52,864 bases of DNA from an uncultured Candidatus Bathyarchaeia archaeon (GCA_964462185.1 CAYWWV010000005.1:11139-64002), one strand, 5' to 3'; shown: positions 34,625 through 44,906, counted from the first letter of the stretch. The notes: generated by a model not told the origin, from the sequence alone. Numbers and translations are program-made.

Positions 34625-34833
34625 GTTTATAAGTAATGTGTTTGATGGAATTCACGATAAAACTAAAATGCGCTGAAATTTCGAGACAAACGTTAAAAAA
34701 CTCATTTAACACCAAGGTTTTCTTAACTTTTTAAACCAAAATAGCAGAAAGCCAGGGGGCTGGCCAAAGGACGCCGAGAAGCCCGTCCCGGCATAAGGTG
34801 GACTCCTCGAAGCCAACGGCCACCCGGCCCTAC

Positions 34834-34855
34834 AGGGGGGGAGGGGGGGTCACCC
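34834..34855 (-). repeat. 22-nt C-rich repeat GGGTGACCCCCCCTCCCCCCCT, copy 2 (inverted)
   Basis: The plus strand reads AGGGGGGGAGGGGGGGTCACCC, the exact reverse complement of 5974..5995. Confidence 0.9.
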
Positions 34856-35025
34856 ATCCCAGGCATTCTAAAGCCCCAATCCACCAGAGAGCCCCTAAAA
34901 CAGCCCCTTCAGACCACGTAAAAGCGTCAAAAATGGCATCCAGACAAGGGAAAACACCCGTTCTACCGTACACTTTCATCGATAAGAAGAGAGTGTAAAA
35001 GAAAAGCACGATCCTTGCCCGTTCT

Positions 35026-36306
35026 CTACTTGTAGAGGAGGGGGAAGGCGGTGTAGACCTTTATTCCCAGAACCAGGTTTTCTATGGTTATGCGTTCGTT
35101 GGGTTGGTGGGCCTGGCCTGTTAGGCTGGTGCCGTAGCCCAGGCTGGGGATGCCGGCTATCTTGCTGGTGCTTATGCCGTCGGTGCCCCCTGTGAGTATC
35201 TTCATGTTGACGGGCCTACCGGTTATGCGGTTGAGGGCCTCCTTGAACTGCTTGGCGAAATCGCTGTTGGGGGACTCGTAGTAGCCGGCTGTGTCTTCCG
35301 GCTTGAAGTCTCGGCTGGGAACCAGCTCTAGGCCTTGGATGCCGGACTCCTCGACGAGCTCCTTGATGCGGTTCACCACCCTTAGGGGGTGGCTGCCAGG
35401 GGTGAGGCGGATGTCGAACTCGGCCTCGGCGTAGTCGGGGACGACGTTGATCTTGACTCCTCCCTTGATTATGTTGCAGGTGACGCTGGGGGTGTGGAAG
35501 TTGCGCTCCATGGCCTCCACCTGCCAGGGCTCCAGCTCCATGGCTGATCGGTAGAACTCGATGCTCTCCTCCACCACGGGTCGGAGCTCCTCCGGGTAGT
35601 CCAGGGGGTAGGTGTCGATCTTCTCCACCCAGGGGACGCCCTCTATCAGCCTGGAGATGGCGTTGACCCCCAGGAAGGGCGTGGAGCCGTGGGCGGTCTT
35701 GCCTCGGGCCACCAGCTTGACCCGGGCGCCCCCCTTGCAGCCCAGGTCGATGCTGGGTGCCTGGGGGCCTCCCCCATTGCCGTCGCCTATGATGCAGACG
35801 TCTCCCTTGAAGCGGCCGGTCTCGGCCAGCCACCTGGCTCCGTCGCCCCCGCCGATCTCCTCGTCGCAGGTCCACCAGAACTCGGCGGTGTTGGGGATGT
35901 CCCCTGCCTCGTTCAGTATCCTGGCGGAGACCATGGCGGCGGCGCAGGCCCCCTTCATGTCGCTGCTCCCCCGGCCCCAGACGCATCCCTGGGCTATCTC
36001 CCCGCTGTAGGGCCCATAGGTCCAGTTCTCGGGTTTCCCCTCGGGCACAACGTCCAGGTGGCCCACCCAGAGCACCTTCTTCTTGCCCTGCCCGGGTATG
36101 CGGGCCACTATGTTGGGCTTCTTGGGGTCTTTGGCGTGGACCTCCCACTCCAACCCCTGGGCCTGGCAGAACTCCTTGATGTACTCCACGGCCTCATCCG
36201 TGTAGCCCTGGGGGTGAGCGGTGTTGAACTTGACCAGGTTGCTGGTGTGCTCAGCCACCTCCCTCTCGGCCTTCTCGGCCAGTTCAATAACTCTCCGCAG
36301 ATCCAT
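35026..36306 (-). CDS. M20 family metallo-hydrolase (ArgE/DapE/LysK-like deacylase)
   Basis: VGHLDVVP, GRGSSDMKG, DEEIGG, and a dimerisation-lid region. I start it at ATG 36306 (MDLRRVIELAE). A TTTTATAT box lies about 25 nt upstream. Confidence 0.8.
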   Translation of the reverse strand: MDLRRVIELAEKAEREVAEHTSNLVKFNTAHPQGYTDEAVEYIKEFCQAQGLEWEVHAKDPKKPNIVARIPGQGKKKVLWVGHLDVVPEGKPENWTYGPYSGEIAQGCVWGRGSSDMKGACAAAMVSARILNEAGDIPNTAEFWWTCDEEIGGGDGARWLAETGRFKGDVCIIGDGNGGGPQAPSIDLGCKGGARVKLVARGKTAHGSTPFLGVNAISRLIEGVPWVEKIDTYPLDYPEELRPVVEESIEFYRSAMELEPWQVEAMERNFHTPSVTCNIIKGGVKINVVPDYAEAEFDIRLTPGSHPLRVVNRIKELVEESGIQGLELVPSRDFKPEDTAGYYESPNSDFAKQFKEALNRITGRPVNMKILTGGTDGISTSKIAGIPSLGYGTSLTGQAHQPNERITIENLVLGIKVYTAFPLLYK

Positions 36307-36350
36307 GGTTAAAACTGGGGCCCAGCCCCATATAAAACGTCGTCTGGGGC

Positions 36351-37397
36351 CTAGGGGATGGTTCTGTTCTCCAGGTGGACCCTGAGGCTGGCCATGGTGG
36401 GGGGCAGCAGCTCCCTTATCTTCAGCCCGTAGGGGCACCTCTCCTCGCATTGGCCGCACTTGATGCAGGTCTCGCCCAGTTTGAGGGCTTCAGCCACCCT
36501 CTGGGCCCTTTCCTCGCTCCAACCCATCCTGCGGAGCATCTGCTTCTCAGCCCTTAGGAGGAAGCTGATGGGTATGCCCTGGGGGCAGGGCTGGCAGTAG
36601 TCGCAGGCACGGCAGAAGCTGTCCCCCAGCTCAGCCCTATCCCTCTCGATGGACTCCAGCTCCCCGGGTTGGAGGGCGTGGTCCCCGCTCCAGACCCTGT
36701 GGTTCTCCTCCACCTCCTCCACACTCATGACCCCCGGGATCACCACATCCACGTAGGGGTTCAACAGGACGTGTTTCAAGGCGGTGGAGGCGTTGCTTAG
36801 GGCTCCGCCTCCGAAGGGCTTCATGGCTATGGTTCCCACACCCAGCTCCTTGCAGCGGGGGAGGAGCCTCTCAGCGGGTTCTGGGGTGAGGTAGTTGAAG
36901 GGGATCATGAGGGTCTCGAAGTGTCCCGACTCCACCAGCTCCAGGGCAAGCCTGGGGTTGTGGCTGGTCACCCCCAAGTGCCTTATCTTTCCCTCCTCCA
37001 GTGCCTGCCTCGCCGCCTCCAAGGCGCCCCCGGGGGCTTGGACCTGCTCCCACTGCTCTCGACGGGAGATGTTGTGGAGCTGGTAGAGGTCCACGTACTC
37101 CGTTCTCAGGTTGCGGAGGCTCACCTCCAACTCCTCCAGCAGGCCCTCCCCATCCCTGCGAGCGCTCTTGGTGGCCAAGTAAACCCGGTCTCGGACATCC
37201 TCCAAGGCCTTCCCGATGCGCTCCTCGCTCACGGTGTAGGCCCTGGCGGTGTCGAAAAAGTTCAGCCCCAGCTCGTAGCACCGCCTAACAACCCGTATGG
37301 CCTCCTCCTCTGAGACCCTCTGAATGGGTATGCCCCCGAACCCCAGAGTTTTAATTTTTAAACCCGTCCTTCCCAGGACGGACTCTAGACTCCTCAT
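36351..37397 (-). CDS. Aldo/keto reductase fused to a C-terminal 2x[4Fe-4S]-type Cys domain
   Basis: LGRTGLKIKTLGFGG, FDTARAY, HLGVTSH, then CRACDYCQPCP and CIKCGQCEERCP. I start it at M14 (37397). Confidence 0.75.
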   Translation of the reverse strand: MRSLESVLGRTGLKIKTLGFGGIPIQRVSEEEAIRVVRRCYELGLNFFDTARAYTVSEERIGKALEDVRDRVYLATKSARRDGEGLLEELEVSLRNLRTEYVDLYQLHNISRREQWEQVQAPGGALEAARQALEEGKIRHLGVTSHNPRLALELVESGHFETLMIPFNYLTPEPAERLLPRCKELGVGTIAMKPFGGGALSNASTALKHVLLNPYVDVVIPGVMSVEEVEENHRVWSGDHALQPGELESIERDRAELGDSFCRACDYCQPCPQGIPISFLLRAEKQMLRRMGWSEERAQRVAEALKLGETCIKCGQCEERCPYGLKIRELLPPTMASLRVHLENRTIP

Positions 37398-37485
37398 CCA
37401 GTATAGGGGGGAGCCCCGGGTTTTTATTGGTTCCACTACTAAGGGGCTAGGAGGTCTTTTAAGCGAATTAGCGGGTAACCCATCT

Positions 37486-39369
37486 ATGTCTCATCCAGTA
37501 GCGTTGTCTGAGCCCGGGAGAAGGGTTTTACTGATGGGGAACGAGGCCATTGCCCGGGGGGCGCTGGAGGCGGGGGTGGAGCTTGCAGCGGCTTACCCTG
37601 GGACCCCCAGCAGCGAGATTGGAAACACATTGGCGAGGGTAGCCAAGGAGGTGGGCATCCACTTTGAGTGGAGCGCCAACGAGAAGGTGGCCCTGGAGGT
37701 GGCCTTCGGGGCAAGCATGGTTGGCCAGCGCGCCCTCTGCAGCATGAAACACGTGGGGGTAAACGTGGCCCTCGACTCCTTGAACCCTGTTAGCCTTAGA
37801 GGGGTGAAGGGGGGGCTTGTCTTGGTTTCCACCGACGACCCCAGCCAGCACAGCAGCCGCACCGAGCAGGACAACAGGTGGCTGGCCAAGCTCAACGACG
37901 TCCCCGTTTTGGAGCCCAGCAGTCCCCAGGAGGCAAAGGATATGGTGGTCTACGCCTTCAAACTCTCGGAGGAGGTTAGGCTCCCCGCCATGGTTCGCAC
38001 CGTGACCAGGCTGAGCCATATGAGGGCCGATGTGGAGCTGGGGGAGCTCTCCAAGCTGGAGAGACCCCGGGAGTTCGACTGGGAAGGCTTCAGCTACCGG
38101 GTCGCTGGATTCGAGAAGCTGTTCCGACGCCACAGGGAGCGCCATGAGAAGCTAGACCAGGCGGAGGCCGTATTCGAGGAGGCCCCATTCAACGAGAAGA
38201 AGATGGCTGGGCCCATTGGGGTGCTGGGCGTGGGCTTCGCCTACACCTATGTCGAAGACGTGCTGAGGGAGACCGGGTTGAAGGAAAAAATCTCCACATT
38301 GAAGCTGGGAACCAGCCACCCCCTCCCCAAACGCCTGGTCTCAGGCTTCCTGGAAGGGTTGGAAACACTCCTAGTTGCCGAGGAGGTGGACCCCTACGTG
38401 GAGCTACACGTGAAAGCCCTGGCCAAGGACGTGAACCCAGGCCTCAGGGTCCACGGGCGACTCGACGGCTACCTCCCCAGAGAGGGGGAGCTAAGCCACA
38501 AATCTGTCGAGGCTGCCTTAGCAAGGCTAACTGGAACCCGCCCCCAACCCAACCCCCGAGCACAGTTGGAGGAAGAAGCCAAAGCCATCCTATTCGACAG
38601 GATGCTCACCATGTGCGCCGGCTGCCCCCACAGAGCCTCCATCTACGCCTTGAAGAAGGCGGTGAAGAGGGTTAAGGGAGACCTCTGGTCAGTAGTGGTG
38701 AACGGGGACATCGGCTGCTATGGACTAGCACACGCCCCACCCATGGAGTTTGAGGACACCTACTTCTCCATGGGGGCCAGCATCGGCGTCAGCCAGGGGA
38801 TGCAGCGCATGGGGGTAGACGCCGTGGCGTGGATAGGAGACGGCACCTTCTTCCACGCCGGCATACCCGCCCTCCAGAACGCCGTCCACAACGGGCACCC
38901 CATCAAGGTTGTGGTGGCGGACAACCAGGCCGTAGCCATGACGGGGTTCCAAACCAACCCCCAGCTGGGGGTGACAGCTACCGGAGACCGTGTAAAACCC
39001 ATAATGATTGAAGACGTTGCCAAGGCCTCAGGGGTAGAACACGTCGAGGTGGTGGACCCCTACGACCTGGAGGCCGCGGAGGAGGCCTTCGCCAGGATGC
39101 TGGAGGCCGAGGGGGTGGCCCTGGTGGTTAGCCGAAGGGAGTGCGCCATGGTGGCCGTCCGCAGGATGAGGCCCCACAGACCCCCCACCCTTTCTGTGGA
39201 CCCTGAGAAATGTATAGGGTGCCGGGTGTGTCTGACGGAGTTCGGCTGCCCCGCCCTCAACTGGGTGGAGGAGGAGGGAAAGGTGAGGGTGGACGAGACC
39301 CTTTGTATGGGGTGTGGGTGCTGCGCCAAGGTATGCCCCGTGGGAGCCATAGGAGGTGGCGAGGAGTGA
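37486..39369 (+). CDS. iorA: Indolepyruvate:ferredoxin oxidoreductase alpha subunit
   Basis: LMGNEAIARGALEAGV..AAAYPGTPSSEI, a TPP-binding GDIGCY...GDGTFFH motif, and a C-terminal CIGCRVC...CMGCGCCAKVCP. I start it at ATG 37486. Confidence 0.85.
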   Translation: MSHPVALSEPGRRVLLMGNEAIARGALEAGVELAAAYPGTPSSEIGNTLARVAKEVGIHFEWSANEKVALEVAFGASMVGQRALCSMKHVGVNVALDSLNPVSLRGVKGGLVLVSTDDPSQHSSRTEQDNRWLAKLNDVPVLEPSSPQEAKDMVVYAFKLSEEVRLPAMVRTVTRLSHMRADVELGELSKLERPREFDWEGFSYRVAGFEKLFRRHRERHEKLDQAEAVFEEAPFNEKKMAGPIGVLGVGFAYTYVEDVLRETGLKEKISTLKLGTSHPLPKRLVSGFLEGLETLLVAEEVDPYVELHVKALAKDVNPGLRVHGRLDGYLPREGELSHKSVEAALARLTGTRPQPNPRAQLEEEAKAILFDRMLTMCAGCPHRASIYALKKAVKRVKGDLWSVVVNGDIGCYGLAHAPPMEFEDTYFSMGASIGVSQGMQRMGVDAVAWIGDGTFFHAGIPALQNAVHNGHPIKVVVADNQAVAMTGFQTNPQLGVTATGDRVKPIMIEDVAKASGVEHVEVVDPYDLEAAEEAFARMLEAEGVALVVSRRECAMVAVRRMRPHRPPTLSVDPEKCIGCRVCLTEFGCPALNWVEEEGKVRVDETLCMGCGCCAKVCPVGAIGGGEE

Positions 39370-39965
39370 GCCTGCGGGTAGTGGTCGCCGGGGTTGGGGG
39401 GCAGGGAACCCTGCTGGCCTCCAGGGTTCTCGCAGAGTCAGCCCTCCGGGCGGGGCTCCACGTTATGATTGGTGAGACCTATGGGATGGCTCAGAGGGGG
39501 GGCCCTGTTATGGGCCACATACAGCTGGGATGCGAGGCCAGAAACCCCCAGCTACGCCCCGCCACAGCCCAAGCCTTACTGGGGTTCGAGCCCGCCGAGG
39601 CCGTCCGAAGGGGCGTCTCCTACTTGGAGGAGGGGGGCCTCGCCCTGGTTAACACTCGCCGGGTGAATCCAGCGGAGGTGGTCAGCGGGCAAGTCGCCTA
39701 CCCCAGCCTAGAACGCCTTCTGGGGCTCCTAAGCCGCGTCACCAACAACATCCACGCCTTCGACGCCACAGCCCTAGCGGAGAAGGCGGGCAACCCCATA
39801 GCTACTAACATGGTGATGGTGGGGGCCCTAGCTGAAAGCGGCCTGCTTCCCTTCCCATTGGAGACCGTGGTGGAGACCATACGAGAGGTGGTGCCCTCTA
39901 GGTTCCTAGACCTCAACCTCAAAGCATTCCAACTAGGCCGGGAGGCCTTCCACAGCCAAACATAA
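39366..39965 (+). CDS. iorB: Indolepyruvate:ferredoxin oxidoreductase beta subunit
   Basis: VVAGVGGQGTLLASRVLAESALRAGL.V...ETYGMAQRGG.V. The GTG start overlaps the iorA TGA (GTGA). Confidence 0.85.
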   Translation: MSLRVVVAGVGGQGTLLASRVLAESALRAGLHVMIGETYGMAQRGGPVMGHIQLGCEARNPQLRPATAQALLGFEPAEAVRRGVSYLEEGGLALVNTRRVNPAEVVSGQVAYPSLERLLGLLSRVTNNIHAFDATALAEKAGNPIATNMVMVGALAESGLLPFPLETVVETIREVVPSRFLDLNLKAFQLGREAFHSQT

Positions 39966-40063
39966 CCCCTCTCCTCAGCACTCCTTTCGGTCCGACGCGG
40001 AGCCTTTCTGTGGATACCAGGCCTTGGCCTAGGGGTCGGGGCCACACTTGGGGGGGCCTCCTG

Positions 40064-41524
40064 TTATTCCTCTGGCTCCCAGGGCTCATAGCTGGGGGGA
40101 CTCACCTGGTCGGTGGGGAGCCCCAGGTAGTGGTTCTCCGGAATCCTATCCCAGATGGCCTCCGTCACCCTCTGGACCTCTGCCACCAACCCCGCCTCAT
40201 CCACCGTGAGAAGCCTCCCCTCCTCCACCACCAGCCGCCCATCCACCATCACATGGGTAACATCCTCCCGAGTCGCCGAGTTCACCAGAGCCCTCACCGG
40301 GTCCCGGCACGGCACATTGTTAAGCGTCTCCATGTTCACCACAGCCAGATCGGCCTTTGCGCCTGGGCAAAGCCTGCCAAGGTCACGCCGCCGCAGCCCC
40401 CGGGCCCCTCCCAGGGTGGCCGAGGAGTGTATCTCAGCAGAGGAGCCGCTGAAACAGCTCCAATCAGCCAGCTTACTGGTGTAGCTGGCCATCCTCATCT
40501 CATTCAACATATCCTGGGGGCTGGTGTCGCACCCGATGCTCACATTCACCCCGGCCTTCAAGTATCTAGAGTGGCTGTGCATCTTGTTCCCCCTCTTGGC
40601 GAACACCAGGGGATCGTGGCTTACAGTGGCCCCCGCCTGGGCGATGAGCTCCAAGTCGCTGTGCCCGTCGTCTGGGTACCCCAGCAGGGGGTGGCCCGCT
40701 ATGGCCCAGCCGTGTCCTATGATGAGGCCGGGGCCCAGGAGGCCGGACTCGGCTAAGACCTGGATGGGGGTTTTGGCATACATTCGGATCATGTTCTGGA
40801 ACTCTACCACCCACTGGGCGGCGTGGATGCTAACTGGGCACCCCAACCTATCGGCGCTCTCCCTAACAGCCGCCTGGAGCTCCAGGCTCACCTTGTCCAC
40901 GGTGGAGGGGTATAGAGCCCCCATCACCCTGCCCCCTGCAGCGCCTGTGAAGCGTTCCACGAAGGCCTCGGCCCTCTCCAGCTGTTTAAGGCCCTCCTCA
41001 AGGCCCAGCCACTCGGTGTAGAGGTTGGCCCTCTGGCTCCTGGCCCAACGCCCGTCCTCCACCGTGTGGCCCAGCACCGCCCTTATCCCCAACTCATCCA
41101 CGTATTTCACAGCCGTCTCCTCCCCCAGAGCCCCCACCATACCAATCTCCACCATGGTGGTGCAGCCACTCCTCAACAGCTCGGCCATGCTATACTTAGC
41201 GAAGACATGGTAGTCGCTGGGGCTGATGCTTTTACCCAAGGCTGTAAGGTTCTCACCCAGGCTGCTCATCCAGAAGTGGCGGGCCCCCACATCGTCAATG
41301 AAGGTCTTGTCCTTGGGGGAGGTGGCCGCGTGTACATGCGTGGAGATGAAGCCGGGAGTCACCACGTGGGTGGGGGCTTGGATCCATTGATCCACCTTCC
41401 CCTGGTACCTCCTCCCCACGTAGGCGACCCTGTCGCCCTCGACCACAACCACCCCATCCCTCACCAATCTATGGGATTCCCCGTCGAAGGCTATCACCCA
41501 TTTAGCCTTGATTCCTATGGACAC
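40064..41524 (-). CDS. Amidohydrolase-superfamily protein (chlorohydrolase/deaminase-like), paralogue of the 12312 gene
   Basis: VVEGDRVAYVG...VVTPGFISTHVHAA, IHAAQ, and the GCDTSPQD region. Confidence 0.7.
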   Translation of the reverse strand: MSIGIKAKWVIAFDGESHRLVRDGVVVVEGDRVAYVGRRYQGKVDQWIQAPTHVVTPGFISTHVHAATSPKDKTFIDDVGARHFWMSSLGENLTALGKSISPSDYHVFAKYSMAELLRSGCTTMVEIGMVGALGEETAVKYVDELGIRAVLGHTVEDGRWARSQRANLYTEWLGLEEGLKQLERAEAFVERFTGAAGGRVMGALYPSTVDKVSLELQAAVRESADRLGCPVSIHAAQWVVEFQNMIRMYAKTPIQVLAESGLLGPGLIIGHGWAIAGHPLLGYPDDGHSDLELIAQAGATVSHDPLVFAKRGNKMHSHSRYLKAGVNVSIGCDTSPQDMLNEMRMASYTSKLADWSCFSGSSAEIHSSATLGGARGLRRRDLGRLCPGAKADLAVVNMETLNNVPCRDPVRALVNSATREDVTHVMVDGRLVVEEGRLLTVDEAGLVAEVQRVTEAIWDRIPENHYLGLPTDQVSPPSYEPWEPEE

Positions 41525-41590
41525 GGGTACTGGTTTGTGGTTGGGGGTTTAAGTCTTGCCCGGAGCCTTTAACAGTCCTCACCCCAAGCT

Positions 41591-41911
41591 GTGTTTATGG
41601 AGAAAGCCAAGGTCTTTAACTTGAGCCAGATGGTAGAGGCCCAAGAGGGGAGTGTGGTGAGCCGCACCCTCGTGGACCGCCCCGCCGGCACCGTGACCCT
41701 CTTCGCCTTCGACGGGGGTCAGGGGTTGAGCGAGCACACGGCTCCATATGACGCCCTGGTCTACATCCTGGAAGGGGAGGCGGAGGTCACTATATCAGGG
41801 GTGGACCACAGGGTCTCAGCTGGGGAGGCCCTGCTCATGCCCGCGGGAGAGCCCCACAGCCTCCGGGCCGAGGAGGCCTTCAAAATGTTGCTGGTCATGG
41901 TACGCGGATAG
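41591..41911 (+). CDS. Cupin domain protein
   Basis: The 106-aa ORF contains GQGLSEHTAPYDALVYILEGEAEVTI.G.....AGEALLMPAGEPHSL. Confidence 0.75.
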   Translation: MFMEKAKVFNLSQMVEAQEGSVVSRTLVDRPAGTVTLFAFDGGQGLSEHTAPYDALVYILEGEAEVTISGVDHRVSAGEALLMPAGEPHSLRAEEAFKMLLVMVRG

Positions 41912-42092
41912 CCCCAGAGGTGGAGAGCCGCATCCACCAGCTATCTCACCCACCTCTTAGGGGTGCCCCCGAGGAGTAGGCCTGGGTGGAGGCTCTGGTG
42001 GCCTTGGCTGAGGGGTATGGGTTTATGGTGTTGGACGTCTGCGGCTACCAGTGGGGATAATCTGTGCGTTGATGTGGGCCCCTCCCCGTGGC

Positions 42093-43307
42093 TCAGATAG
42101 TGGACGGCTGGTTGGTCCAGGTGCGGGGCTCCTCTATGAAGAAGGCGGGAACCATGGACACCAGTGTAACGGCGGCGATGTAGACGAAGCCGGCGTGGAA
42201 GCCCCAGTATTCCACAACGTAGCCGAAGATGATGCTGCTGAAGCTCGCCACGGTGAAGCCCAGGGTGAAGTAGAGGCCGAACACCTGGTCCAGCTGGCTC
42301 CTGGGCACGCTGTCGCTGAGAACGCTCTGCACCACCACCGTCTGCACCATGAAGCCCAGCAGGAAGAGCAACACCAGCAAGGCGGTGAAGCCCTTAACCC
42401 AGAGGAGGCTGAGGTAGCCCAGCCCGCTGGCCACCATGATTCCGATGATAAGGGGCCTACGGTTCACCCGGTCGCTGAGGCTCCCCCAGAAGAAGGGGCC
42501 GAAAACCCCGCCGAAGAGTAGCACCGAGTAGAGGAGGCTGCTCTGGGCCGTGGAGAGCCCCAGAACGTCTATGAAGTAGAGGGGGAGGAAGGTGCGAACC
42601 CCCATGCGGAAGGCCATGGCCGTCCTGAGGACGCTGATGGCCAAGACGTTCCTGTTCCTCAACTGCTCCCGGAGCTTGGAGAGGTTCAAGGCGTCGCGGC
42701 TGGGCGCCTCCACCTGGCTGGTCCCCCGCACGAAGAACAGCAAGACGAGGCTGAGGAGGATGGCTGGGGTGGAGAGGATGGCCAGCGCCCTCCTCCAACC
42801 CATCAGGTTAAGCATGTAGGCGGCCAGTAGGGGGGTGAAGCTGAAGGCCAGGCTGGGGAAGGACTGGTTCAAACCCAGCATCCTCCCCCTCTCCCGGGGG
42901 TCCGTGGCAGCCGTGATGAGGCTCGCCCCCACGGGGTGTTGGGTGCTGCTGCCCACGCCCGCCACAACCGTCAAACCCAGGAAGCTCCAAAGGCCCCTGC
43001 TCAGGGAGGCCGCTATGTTGCCCAGGGAGTTCACCAGGTTCCCAACCCCCACCAGTACGCGCCCGCTGAACCATCTTCGGAGCCACCCCACGAACATCTG
43101 GGGGAAGCCCGAGGAGAAGGTGGAGGCCGACCTTAGGAGGCCCAGCTGGGCGTAGTTGAGGTCGAACTCCTCCATGATCTCTGGGTACAATATGGGCATG
43201 GAGCCGCTGATGACGTGGTTGAGCATGTGTAGAAAGATCACAGACCAAACCAGGGCTCTGTTGCTTCCTGGGGGGTCAACGTTTTCACCGTGCGCCATAT
43301 TCACCAA
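42093..43307 (-). CDS. MFS transporter
   Basis: The 404-aa ORF has about 12 TM helices and an MFS-type loop, GWLRRWFSGR/LSDRVNRRP. An imperfect palindrome CTACATATATTTGTAG (43321-43336) overlaps its putative TATA region. Confidence 0.75.
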   Translation of the reverse strand: MVNMAHGENVDPPGSNRALVWSVIFLHMLNHVISGSMPILYPEIMEEFDLNYAQLGLLRSASTFSSGFPQMFVGWLRRWFSGRVLVGVGNLVNSLGNIAASLSRGLWSFLGLTVVAGVGSSTQHPVGASLITAATDPRERGRMLGLNQSFPSLAFSFTPLLAAYMLNLMGWRRALAILSTPAILLSLVLLFFVRGTSQVEAPSRDALNLSKLREQLRNRNVLAISVLRTAMAFRMGVRTFLPLYFIDVLGLSTAQSSLLYSVLLFGGVFGPFFWGSLSDRVNRRPLIIGIMVASGLGYLSLLWVKGFTALLVLLFLLGFMVQTVVVQSVLSDSVPRSQLDQVFGLYFTLGFTVASFSSIIFGYVVEYWGFHAGFVYIAAVTLVSMVPAFFIEEPRTWTNQPSTI

Positions 43308-43514
43308 GAAAAACCATAACTACATATATTTGTAGCGGTTGATAGACCTTTACAAGCGCTTAAAGCCACAACAGGCCAAGGGGCTTGTAGCAGCATAAAA
43401 CCGGAGTACGTTGGTTCCACATCCCCGGGCTTAAGGGGCCTTTGGAGCCCTCAGGGTTATTGACCCATTAAGAGGGGGAAACCCTATCCACGGCTAAACA
43501 GTGTTGCTGGGGGC

Positions 43515-44852
43515 TCAGGGGGTTTTGGGGGGTGGGCCGATGATGCCGTGCTCCATTAGGAGTTTCACGGCGCGCTGCGTCCTGGATATGATGGCGTTGG
43601 CCCTCTCGAATAGCTCGTCGCGGCTCAGCTTTAGCCGTGCCAAGCCCTGCTCCTGGGCTTTGAGGCCGGTCTCCGTAGCCTGGAGGGGGTATATCTCCCA
43701 CTCCTCCATGCTGGGGATGATGTAGTCCTTGGAGAGGCCCTTGTCCTCGGCGTACTTGGCCAGCGCCTTGGCCGCGGCTATGCACATCTCGTCGCTAATG
43801 GTCTTAGCCCTCACGTCTAGAGCGCCTCTGAAGATGGCTGGGAACACCAGGCTGTTGTTCACCTGGTTGGGGAAGTCGCTGCGACCCGTGGCCACAACCT
43901 TGGCCCCCGCCTCCTCGGCCTCCCAGGGCCAAATCTCGGGAACAGGGTTGGCACAGGCAAAGACTATGGCGTCGTCAGCCATCCCCGCCACATCCTCCTT
44001 GGTTATCGTGTTGGGCCCGGGTTTGGAGGCGGCTATCACTATGTCGCTTCCCTCCATGGCCTCCCTGTTCCCCCCCTCCCGGCCCTCCGGGTTGGTCTTG
44101 AGGGCCAGGTCCCACTTGTAGGTCCCCTTCAAATCCTCGCGGCTCTGGGAGATGATGCCCTTGCTGTCGGTCATAACCACGTTTTTAGGGTTCACCCCGG
44201 CGGCCTCCAGAACGTAGAAGGTGCGGGTGTTGGCTGCGCCGGTTCCAATAATGGTGAATTTGGCCTCCCCCATCTTCTTCCCCACCAGCTTTAAGGCGTT
44301 AATCGCCCCCGCCAAGATGACTGCGGCTGTGCCCTGCTGGTCGTCGTGCCAGACAGGTATGGGCATCTCGGCCCTAAGCCGGTCCAGAATCTCGAAGCAC
44401 TTGGGGTTGCTCAAGTCCTCCAGGTTGACGCCGCCGAAGCTGGGCTCGATCCACTTGACGGCCTGGATGATCTCCTCGGTGTCCTTGGTGGCCAGGCAGA
44501 TGGGGAAGGCATCCACCCCACCCAGATACTTGAATATAAGCGCCTTCCCCTCCATAACAGGCAAACCGGCCTGGCCCCCGATGTCCCCCAACCCCAGCAC
44601 CCGGGTGCCGTCGCTCACCACAGCCACATAGTTCCACTTGCTGGTGAGTTCGTAGGCCTTCTCCCTGTCCTTCTCAATCTCCCTGCAGACCTGGGCCACC
44701 CCTGGGGTGTACCAGATGTTGAAGTCCTGGAGGCTTCGGATGGCCGCCTTGGGCATGACCTCCACCTTCCCCCTGTAGTGGGAGTGGAAACTGGGTGCCA
44801 AATCCTTCCACTTGGAGGCCTTCCTCAGCAACTCCTCAGTATCAACACTCAT
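43515..44852 (-). CDS. NAD(P)-dependent malic enzyme (oxaloacetate-decarboxylating malate dehydrogenase)
   Basis: YTPGVAQVCREI, VVSDGTRVLGLGDIG..AGLPVMEGKALIFK, IIGTGAAN. Confidence 0.85.
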   Translation of the reverse strand: MSVDTEELLRKASKWKDLAPSFHSHYRGKVEVMPKAAIRSLQDFNIWYTPGVAQVCREIEKDREKAYELTSKWNYVAVVSDGTRVLGLGDIGGQAGLPVMEGKALIFKYLGGVDAFPICLATKDTEEIIQAVKWIEPSFGGVNLEDLSNPKCFEILDRLRAEMPIPVWHDDQQGTAAVILAGAINALKLVGKKMGEAKFTIIGTGAANTRTFYVLEAAGVNPKNVVMTDSKGIISQSREDLKGTYKWDLALKTNPEGREGGNREAMEGSDIVIAASKPGPNTITKEDVAGMADDAIVFACANPVPEIWPWEAEEAGAKVVATGRSDFPNQVNNSLVFPAIFRGALDVRAKTISDEMCIAAAKALAKYAEDKGLSKDYIIPSMEEWEIYPLQATETGLKAQEQGLARLKLSRDELFERANAIISRTQRAVKLLMEHGIIGPPPKTP

Positions 44853-44906
44853 TCCAATCGTATGAAAAGAGATAGGCTACCTATTTAAGAATGCAGAGAG
44901 GAGGGC

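Noticed and set aside
34376-34745. The AT-rich islet as a replication origin (a DUE flanked by ORB elements with G-strings).
   Set aside because: I found no repeated ORB-like dyads (TCCA-N3-GAAAC type) on either side. The G-rich runs at 34199-34212 and 34835-34849 are in direct rather than inverted orientation, and no orc1/cdc6 gene is nearby. It remains formally possible but is unsupported.
36307-36459. Long N-terminal extensions given by the ORF track for several genes: M20 36307-36459, rlmE 20519-20620, DUF123 27100-27285, purD 29019-29084, AKR 37398-37436, iorA 37324-37485, iorB 39210-39365, fumarase alpha 51456-51623 and SAMP 52459-52506.
   Set aside because: The extensions are non-conserved, low-complexity, or overlap the neighbouring gene. 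Family N-termini and TATA-like boxes support the internal start codons used in the feature table.
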